Notes under the pieces: generated by a model
Told to the model about the DNA's origin: nothing
What the model saw: the letters and a program-made list of their open reading frames with translations, nothing else
The model's database searches: none
Program-made: the position numbers and the translations under genes
Sequence record: NC_035464.1
Direction: 5' to 3' (one strand)
Length of the DNA: 9,780 nt
Shown: positions 1-5,734 of the stretch, in pieces
How positions within the stretch are numbered: the stretch's first letter is position 1
Layout: each line of letters starts with the position of its first letter

Positions 1-318
1 CCCCCCCCCCCCATGCTGAAAGGGAGGGCGAGACCTAGCCTACCCCCCCCAGAGCAGGGGGTTTAAAAGCCACGTCAGTTTGACGGATCACCACGCAAGT
101 TGAACGCGGGGAGGGTTTAAATACCCCCCCTAGCATGAAAGCTTATTAACCCCAGGGGTTTTTGTCCTAATGCGAATGAGCAAATTACAGCCCATAATAC
201 GCCCTGCCCCGCCCTGCAAGTACACTTTACGACACAAACCGAAAGTAAACCTCAGAGTGAAGGGTTCTCTCCAACAGGGCAAAAAGCATTTTAACCCCCC
301 CATCACGACCTTCCGCAA
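1..318 (+). repeat. Left inverted terminal repeat (318 bp)
   Basis: Compared base by base with the reverse complement of 9463-9780: identical except at 17/9764 (T vs C) and 228/9553 (T vs A). Identity ends after TTCCGCAA at 318. Confidence 0.99.
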
Positions 319-410
319 AATAATTGGTCAGTCGTGGCTAAATTAAGTGAAGACTTTGTTTAGGTAGTTTCGGTGGAGGGTGTGGCTAATAAGGGACAGT
401 AAAGGTCACC

Positions 411-767
411 ATGTCGTCAAACCAGTCTAACCCAAAAAAGGAGGTCTCCCTGGAGGAGTTTTTTGAGGCCGTGAAGGACGAGGTGATCCCCCTGAGAATG
501 ATAGCGGGGGATTACGTAGTCCTAGAGGGCGTCCACATGGAGAACCTCAGGGACGGAAAGAACGGCAAGATAGTTGATGTGGTGGGCAGGATCGTCGTCA
601 CGAACATGGGCCTACCTGAGGGCCAGAAAGTCAGGTTCACGTTAGGCCTCTCGAACGCCATGGAAGTCGCCCATCATATAAAGGACGGCATAAAGTACAC
701 CATGATCAAGAAGGGGGAGATGAGGATAGTTGTTAATGGGTTTAGCGAGATCCCCAAGAGACTCTAG
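411..767 (+). CDS. Hypothetical protein, 118 aa; possible OB-fold ssDNA-binding protein
   Basis: ATG start and first gene after the left ITR. By eye the pattern is beta-beta-beta-alpha-beta-beta (YVVLEGV / IVDVVGRIVV / KVRFTL / SNAMEVAHHIKDG / YTMIKK / MRIVVN). The fold call is inference (about 0.3). Confidence 0.85.
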   Translation: MSSNQSNPKKEVSLEEFFEAVKDEVIPLRMIAGDYVVLEGVHMENLRDGKNGKIVDVVGRIVVTNMGLPEGQKVRFTLGLSNAMEVAHHIKDGIKYTMIKKGEMRIVVNGFSEIPKRL

Positions 768-1083
768 AGACGCTGAGGTATACCTAGTCAGGCCCCTGAA
801 GGGCGTTTTTTCCCTCCAAGACCACGCTTTTCTCGTCACGGTACGTGGCGTCTTCCCACGGAAGGGCGAGTTCACTCGAAAGAGCCACTGGGGCCTCATG
901 GTGGACGTGGACGTGGACGGCCTGTCCCTAAGGTTTAGGTCTAAACTCTACTTCACGTGGCAAGTGGAGATGGGCGGTAGGCCGTGGGCTTTCGTGCCCG
1001 TGTACGGCTGTGCCGATATAATCCAGGAGTACGGATACCAGAGAGGTGTGGCCATATGTCAAAAATTGAAGTTGAGCAGGTAG
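736..1083 (+). CDS. Hypothetical protein, about 115 aa
   Basis: The ORF track starts at TTG 730. ATG 736, downstream of GAGGA (722-726), is preferred. Overlaps the preceding gene; aromatic and beta-rich; no recognisable motif. Confidence 0.75.
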   Translation: MGLARSPRDSRDAEVYLVRPLKGVFSLQDHAFLVTVRGVFPRKGEFTRKSHWGLMVDVDVDGLSLRFRSKLYFTWQVEMGGRPWAFVPVYGCADIIQEYGYQRGVAICQKLKLSR

Positions 1084-1460
1084 TCAAGTACATATTGGAC
1101 CATCCTAGTACCTTCCTATGGTACAGGTGGTACCTGAGACAGAGGCACCACTTACCGTTCTTCTCGCTCACGTACAGTGAGGACTTACGACAGAAGGGGG
1201 TGCCAGTGGACATGACCAGGGATAAGGAGGTAGTCGTGTTGGTGCCTATATACACCCCATACGGCGTAGGCGGTGCTGAGGTCTTGTTGTCTACCCCAGA
1301 TAAGGTTATGTGGAGTGACGACGACTTCGCCTTCTTCGGCAACTGGAAGTTTTACGGGAAGTTCGCGTGGATGGTCTCGCTGAACCGAAAACACCCCCTG
1401 AGGCGGTACGCCCTGAACGAGATGAGGAAGGAGGCGAGGATGTATGCAGGCAAGTCCTGA
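1056..1460 (+). CDS. Hypothetical protein, 134 aa (aromatic- and Arg-rich)
   Basis: Start moved from 984 to ATG 1056, which follows the RBS GAGGTG (1043-1048) and gives only a short overlap with the previous gene. Confidence 0.85.
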   Translation: MSKIEVEQVVKYILDHPSTFLWYRWYLRQRHHLPFFSLTYSEDLRQKGVPVDMTRDKEVVVLVPIYTPYGVGGAEVLLSTPDKVMWSDDDFAFFGNWKFYGKFAWMVSLNRKHPLRRYALNEMRKEARMYAGKS

Positions 1461-2010
1461 CATGGGGGCATTAACCCGCGCAGGGTATAGAGTGACGGCC
1501 CGTTGGACGTGGAACGACGTCACTAGGGCCATGTATTGTTTTGAGACATCTAGGACAGCTAACGACTTCGTGGGGTGCGTCAAAAAGCGTAGGACTGACG
1601 CCCTCGCTGTCTACCGATACCTACGAGACGTCCAGTCCCATCAGGGACTGATATATGAGGTACTCCCGCCCGCATTCCAGGGCAACCCAGAGGAAGAGGA
1701 GGGGGAGGGGGAAGAGACTTGTATCACCTTCGTGGTCTACGACACGGGGTACTTCTTCCTCTGGGTAGACCCTAACCAGATCCTTCAAGACGCCTTAGAC
1801 GCTAACGCGACCATGAGGATCAAGTACCCTGGGGCCTACCGTGTCATCACCACGCCGTATGACCTAGATTTCTCTCAAATAGCGTGGAGGCCCATAGTGC
1901 CGTCGGGCGAGGACTACGTGATATGTAGTAACATGGACCGTGTGGACTTCAGTGACGCGATAGACAGGTACGTCAGACAGCTGAAGGCGATAATGGGGGC
2001 GATATCATGA
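1444..2010 (+). CDS. Hypothetical protein, 188 aa, with an acidic linker (PEEEEGEGEE)
   Basis: ATG 1444 (alternative ATG 1462 just after the upstream stop). Its TGA overlaps the next ATG (ATGA 2007-2010). Confidence 0.88.
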   Translation: MQASPDMGALTRAGYRVTARWTWNDVTRAMYCFETSRTANDFVGCVKKRRTDALAVYRYLRDVQSHQGLIYEVLPPAFQGNPEEEEGEGEETCITFVVYDTGYFFLWVDPNQILQDALDANATMRIKYPGAYRVITTPYDLDFSQIAWRPIVPSGEDYVICSNMDRVDFSDAIDRYVRQLKAIMGAIS

Positions 2011-2336
2011 TCACGTTAGACCACGATGTACCATATGACGGGTATAGACATTCGGCGAAAGGGAAACTCGTCGTTGAGTTTTGCAAGTCGTTCGAACTGA
2101 GGTGTTGGTATAGGCGTTCGTCTACTGGGAACGTCCACGTGGCTATCGACGTGGACGTGGACTTCCTCAGAGAGTTGGAAATCAGGGCCGTCTTACTCGA
2201 CGACCCCATGAGGATATTGAACGACTTGCGTCGGCACGCATTCCACATGCCTACTGGACGGCTCTGGGACGTGAAGGTGGATAGGGAAGGCAAAAGGCAG
2301 GCGGGCCAGTGGGAGGTCTTGTTCTCCCCTGAGTAG
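2007..2336 (+). CDS. Putative minimal AEP-superfamily primase/polymerase-like protein, 109 aa
   Basis: ATGA-coupled start. Motifs occur in AEP order: ITLDHD (hhhDxD; D5, D7), WYRRSSTGNVHV (SxxGxH; H44), LLDDP (D65/D66). The CDS is well supported; the function is inferred (about 0.5). Confidence 0.88.
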   Translation: MITLDHDVPYDGYRHSAKGKLVVEFCKSFELRCWYRRSSTGNVHVAIDVDVDFLRELEIRAVLLDDPMRILNDLRRHAFHMPTGRLWDVKVDREGKRQAGQWEVLFSPE

Positions 2337-2338
2337 GG

Positions 2339-2345
2339 TTTTTTA
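2339..2345 (+). terminator. T6 tract ending the first operon; may also serve as the TATA-like element of the next gene
   Basis: TTTTTTA lies 2 nt after the TAG at 2336 and 31 nt before ATG 2370. Oligo-T tracts are established archaeal intrinsic terminators. Confidence 0.6.
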
Positions 2346-2369
2346 CTCCACATATCCTACTTGTATCGT

Positions 2370-2747
2370 ATGAGTCAAAGTCAGCCTACTCAGGAACAAA
2401 CCCCCCCACAAGAGGAGGGGAAGGACGAGAGCCAGTGGACGGAATGTGAAGTCTGTGGGAAGAAAGTGCGGATGAACATGTACAAACGTCATATGTCTGC
2501 GGTGCATGGGTTCATTACGAAAGAGGAGTACCAGAGGCTCAAAGAGGAGGTGGAGAAGACTATACAATCTACGATACACAGTGCACTCCAGGAGCACTGG
2601 AAGGGGCACTACAAAAGCTTAAGCGAACTTCTTGAGGAAGGGGAAAAACATGCCGAGACGTGTCCTACATGCCAAAAGGAGTTGGAGGAGTGGCTCAAGA
2701 AAAAACGGAACGAGAAATACAAACCCGCTAATAGGAAGTGGCTCTAA
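2370..2747 (+). CDS. C2H2 zinc-finger protein, 125 aa (putative transcription regulator)
   Basis: CEVC-x11-H-x4-H at 2445-2507, a second HxxxCPTC cluster and a basic C-terminus. ATG 2370 is preferred over TTG 2361. C2H2 proteins are common in crenarchaeal viruses. Confidence 0.88.
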   Translation: MSQSQPTQEQTPPQEEGKDESQWTECEVCGKKVRMNMYKRHMSAVHGFITKEEYQRLKEEVEKTIQSTIHSALQEHWKGHYKSLSELLEEGEKHAETCPTCQKELEEWLKKKRNEKYKPANRKWL

Positions 2748-3209
2748 ATGACCAAGAAGAAGAAGGAGGAACAGGAGGCCCCTAAGGAGGAGGGGCAGGC
2801 CACTCCCGAAACCCCAAGTCCTGAAACCCCTCAGGAGCCTCAGAAGGAAGACCCCGTTCAGGTCATCATGAGGCTGACGACCGTAATACAGGAACAGCAG
2901 AAACGTATAGACCAGTTGGAAGCAAACCTCAACAGCGTGATGGAATTCCTGAAGGCACAATCCCAGGCACCCCAAGGTCAGGGAGGAGGAGGGGGTCTAG
3001 TGGAGGCACTAGTACCCCTCTTAGGGAAGTTGATGGAGCCTTCGAAAGACCCCCTACGGGATATCGCCCTAGAACTAATGATCGACAGCATGAAATCGAA
3101 CGTTGAGCTCTCGAAGGCCATAACACAGAAGATCATCCAAGGGGTGCAAGACCGAGTCGCGAGGAACGTCGTGGAGACTGTCGCCACGGGGGTGATTACA
3201 CACGAATGA
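2748..3209 (+). CDS. Coiled-coil protein, 153 aa, with a disordered E/P/Q-rich N-terminus
   Basis: TAA-ATG junction with the upstream gene; heptad-like segment IQEQQKRIDQLEANLNSVMEFL; Gly5 linker. Confidence 0.9.
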   Translation: MTKKKKEEQEAPKEEGQATPETPSPETPQEPQKEDPVQVIMRLTTVIQEQQKRIDQLEANLNSVMEFLKAQSQAPQGQGGGGGLVEALVPLLGKLMEPSKDPLRDIALELMIDSMKSNVELSKAITQKIIQGVQDRVARNVVETVATGVITHE

Positions 3210-3243
3210 GCGTATTAGAATTATCAACTTAACAAGGAAGTTA

Positions 3244-3366
3244 ATGATTGAACTGGGGGTGGGTACGTACTACCCCATGGTACAATACCGTCTTACCAGT
3301 CTCCCAGAGGAACAGATAAAGAGGGCGTATAAAATCATAAGGGATGAGGTGAAAACGTGGCCATAG
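3244..3366 (+). CDS. Small hypothetical protein, 40 aa (MIELGVGTYYPMVQYRLTSLPEEQIKRAYKIIRDEVKTWP); not in the ORF track
   Basis: Translated by hand. It fills the gap between two genes, looks helical and amphipathic, overlaps the next GTG start and contains that gene's RBS. The true start may lie upstream (see findings). Confidence 0.7.
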   Translation: MIELGVGTYYPMVQYRLTSLPEEQIKRAYKIIRDEVKTWP

Positions 3367-3674
3367 TCCATGAGGAGGTAACGTTTCATACTGAAGTGGA
3401 TGATGAGAGCGTAGAGGCAATCAGGAGGATCATAAGGGACCAGTGTGGAGAAAACCCAAAGCCTGAATGTTGGGGCCCGTTGGTGTGGTCCATGTTCGAC
3501 AGCGTGGCCCGTGCCATCCCGTGCCCAAAGTGCCGAGGGGAGGCACTGGAATTCCTGACCTTTTTGCATGATTTAATTAACATACAGAAGGGTAGTGCTA
3601 TATACAATACCCCGCAATTCCTTAGGAAGAAAAAGGAAGAGATACTGAGCCTACTCAGGACCCGAGGGATATAA
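3357..3674 (+). CDS. Miniature Erv1/Alr-like (poxvirus E10-type) sulfhydryl oxidase, 105 aa
   Basis: GTG start after GAGGTGA (3346-3352). Motifs NPKPECWGPLVW, IPCPKCR and FLHDLINIQKG match the Erv signature WGxxxW...PCxxC...HNxVNxxxG. The CDS is well supported; the function is inferred (about 0.65). Confidence 0.9.
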   Translation: MAIVHEEVTFHTEVDDESVEAIRRIIRDQCGENPKPECWGPLVWSMFDSVARAIPCPKCRGEALEFLTFLHDLINIQKGSAIYNTPQFLRKKKEEILSLLRTRGI

Positions 3675-3682
3675 TATAAATA
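3670..3682 (+). promoter_or_regulatory. TATA box of the structural-gene operon
   Basis: TATAATATAAATA in an otherwise GC-rich genome, with TATAAA at 3675-3680, 38 nt before ATG 3713. Confidence 0.65.
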
Positions 3683-3712
3683 GGAGAACTGATGTAACTA
3701 TGGTAGAGAGCC

Positions 3713-3979
3713 ATGGTGTCCAATAGAGAACTCGCCAAAAGGCTCAGCCAGTCGGCCAGGGAGGCGTGGAATTCAGAGGAGGGCATGAGGATCAGAGAGG
3801 AGCTAAGTGCAGACTCTGCCTCCTATGGGGCGTGTCTGAGGAGAGTCATGGAAAGTGGAGGAGGCAGTCGTGGTTACAAGGATTGCGCGAGGAGGTCAGG
3901 AATAGGTACGGCGTTTGCCAGTGTCTGGGGGTCTACAAAGGCCTATGGTAGGCCGATGGTGGAAGTAGTAGCGAGGTGA
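3713..3979 (+). CDS. Basic, helical 88-aa protein; candidate genome-coating nucleoprotein
   Basis: ATG start; first gene behind a strong TATA box; Arg/Ser/Gly-rich with two Cys. The function is inferred from position and charge. Confidence 0.88.
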   Translation: MVSNRELAKRLSQSAREAWNSEEGMRIREELSADSASYGACLRRVMESGGGSRGYKDCARRSGIGTAFASVWGSTKAYGRPMVEVVAR

Positions 3980-3984
3980 CCTAG

Positions 3985-4314
3985 GTGGACTTCTCCAGAC
4001 AAACGTGGGAGGGGCCAGTGGCTGTTGGCGTCGGCGGGTACGTGTGGAACAAGGTAAAGGGGAACACGCAAGTTCAGACGTTCGTGAGCAAGGTAGGTGG
4101 CAAGACGAATGCAGGGCTCATCTTAGTGGCCCTAGGCGTAGTCGCTAAGGCATACAAACCCGAGTCAGAAGCCATGAATATACTGGGGTACCTGTTGGCG
4201 GGACTCGGTGCGGGGGCACTCGGTGACGACTTGCCCGCCACTGGGTCACAGGCGACGTTTACGAATAAAAGCCCAGAGTACCCTAGTCCAGTTAGTGGGG
4301 TGAACGTGCTGTGA
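3985..4314 (+). CDS. Membrane protein, 109 aa (candidate virion internal-membrane protein)
   Basis: GTG after RBS GAGGTGA (3973-3979); hydrophobic GxxxG-rich segments (AGLILVALGVVA; ILGYLLAGLGAGALG). Confidence 0.88.
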   Translation: MDFSRQTWEGPVAVGVGGYVWNKVKGNTQVQTFVSKVGGKTNAGLILVALGVVAKAYKPESEAMNILGYLLAGLGAGALGDDLPATGSQATFTNKSPEYPSPVSGVNVL

Positions 4315-4724
4315 AACTCTACATGAAAACGATTGAGATCCAATATTCCATCCCTGCGAGTGCACCATCCGAGTCACAGGTGCCTGGAGTGTTCATAGAC
4401 CTCTCCAGTGGCACTAGCCAAGGCCAACTCCAAGTCCCCGTGAACCAAGAGTGGGTCATCATAGACGTCTACAACAGGGGGTCTCAGGACGTCGGCGTAG
4501 ATGCCGTGGCGACGTTCACTAAGAACAGCGTCTCCAACGTCCTCACTACGGACCCAGTCTCATCCCTGAACATCTCGAACCCATCCAGACCAACCTACCC
4601 GCCAATACAGATGGCCCCAGGGACGATATTGACCTCCAAAGTCACTACGCTCACGTCCAACGGCACTAGTGCGGCCGTGGATAACCTATTCATAAAGGTC
4701 AAGATCATAGACTACTCGCAGTAA
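4311..4724 (+). CDS. Beta-rich 137-aa protein; candidate single jelly-roll major capsid protein
   Basis: GTGA-coupled start after GGGGTGA (4297-4303); alternative ATG 4323. Alternating hydrophobic beta patterns throughout (TIEIQYSI, EWVIIDVYN, DAVATFTK, TILTSKVTT, LFIKVKII), no TM segment, last gene of a strongly promoted operon. The MCP call is inference (about 0.5). Confidence 0.9.
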   Translation: MKLYMKTIEIQYSIPASAPSESQVPGVFIDLSSGTSQGQLQVPVNQEWVIIDVYNRGSQDVGVDAVATFTKNSVSNVLTTDPVSSLNISNPSRPTYPPIQMAPGTILTSKVTTLTSNGTSAAVDNLFIKVKIIDYSQ

Positions 4725-4743
4725 ACACGCGTAAGACATCTCC

Positions 4744-4750
4744 TTTTTTA
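4744..4750 (+). terminator. T6 tract ending the core structural operon; possible promoter element for 4773
   Basis: TTTTTTA lies 19 nt after the TAA at 4724 and 29 nt before ATG 4773. Confidence 0.6.
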
Positions 4751-4772
4751 GTAGTATTTCCTTCTTTATAGT

Positions 4773-5450
4773 ATGGCATGCCAGACTATACAAGACCTAT
4801 CGATAGGCCCGTACACCATAGAATCGGGTCAGGTCTGTGTGGAGGGCACTACCTCAGGGACGGCTAGCCTGACTATGAAAGTGGGGCCGTTCACGTACAC
4901 CAAGACTATCCCATGGGGGGCGGTAAACCCCCAACAGACGTTGGGTACGTCCTCAGGGAGGGTCTACCTTATCGGGACGAACCCCCTGTCGTCACTCCTA
5001 GTGGACGACGTCCTAACGGTGGCTGAGTATGCACAGAAAGTGGCGTCGTACTTAGGGTACAGCGGTTCGTTTTCCATAGTGAACGTGGGTTTGACGAATG
5101 GCTCAGACTGCAACGACTGTGTAGTTTACGTGGACTACGTCGCCTCTTCTCCTCCTCTTGCGGTAGCCCTAGTGATCGCTCTCGTGATCGTTTTCGTCAT
5201 AGCTATCGTATTGGGTATCTATTTCATTTCGGCCGCGATAGAGAGTTTTCAGCCCGCACCTCCCACGCCCCCTCCTCCAGGGAGTCCCCCGTCCCTGTAC
5301 CAACAGTACTACCAGGAGTACGCCCAGTATTTGAAGGAGAAACAAACGGCCTCAATCACGGGAGGGGTATTCGGCACGTCCACGGCCCTAGTGGCGTTAG
5401 GGATAGCCATTTTAGCCTTCTTGGCGTTTACTGACCATGGTGGGAAGTGA
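4773..5450 (+). CDS. Membrane-anchored virion protein, 225 aa (beta-rich N-domain, two TM helices, poly-Pro linker)
   Basis: ATG start; TMs LAVALVIALVIVFVIAIVLGIYFI and TALVALGIAILAFLAF; PAPPTPPPPGSPP linker; four Cys including CNDC. Confidence 0.92.
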   Translation: MACQTIQDLSIGPYTIESGQVCVEGTTSGTASLTMKVGPFTYTKTIPWGAVNPQQTLGTSSGRVYLIGTNPLSSLLVDDVLTVAEYAQKVASYLGYSGSFSIVNVGLTNGSDCNDCVVYVDYVASSPPLAVALVIALVIVFVIAIVLGIYFISAAIESFQPAPPTPPPPGSPPSLYQQYYQEYAQYLKEKQTASITGGVFGTSTALVALGIAILAFLAFTDHGGK

Positions 5451-5734
5451 TGGTGTACCAGATATACGACGGGCAATACACGGTTTACCCCGTGGGAAAC
5501 CCCCAGGTCACGCTCATCAGGGTAGACGTAGCGGGGAGAGTGAAAATCATGATCCTCCCCACGGTGTCAGAGGCCCTTCAACTGACCCTGAACGGAAACT
5601 CAGGTTACCTGAACCAGGGAAACGTCCTCTCGGCGGGAAATTGGTACGAGTTCGAATACGTGAGTTGTGGGAAAGACATCATAAGCATAAATGGGACACA
5701 GCAAGGAGTTTACCTTAGGGTGATAGTGTATTGA
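5447..5734 (+). CDS. Small beta-rich protein, about 95 aa; candidate penton/vertex protein
   Basis: GTGA-coupled start (or ATG 5450); all-beta pattern (TLIRVDV, VKIMIL, LQLTLN, WYEFEYV, IISIN, VYLRVIVY); lies directly upstream of the spike candidate. Confidence 0.85.
   Translation: MMVYQIYDGQYTVYPVGNPQVTLIRVDVAGRVKIMILPTVSEALQLTLNGNSGYLNQGNVLSAGNWYEFEYVSCGKDIISINGTQQGVYLRVIVY

Noticed and set aside
1689-1717. 29-nt polypurine near-mirror repeat (H-DNA candidate)
   Set aside because: Fully explained by the encoded EEEEGEGEE linker.
901-2162. GACGTGGACGTGGAC repeated at 904-918 and 2148-2162
   Set aside because: Both copies are short hexamer tandems encoding DVDVD beta-strands, explained by amino-acid repeat and codon bias.
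2007-2336. HUH (rolling-circle, rudivirus-type) Rep interpretation of GNVHVAI
   Set aside because: Only one His in the motif and no Tyr downstream of it to serve as the catalytic residue. The DxD...SxxGxH...D pattern fits AEP better.
5164-5210. 12-bp tandem repeats encoding ALVI-ALVI-VFVI-AIVL
   Set aside because: A low-complexity TM helix, probably from local duplication; no sign of a separate function.
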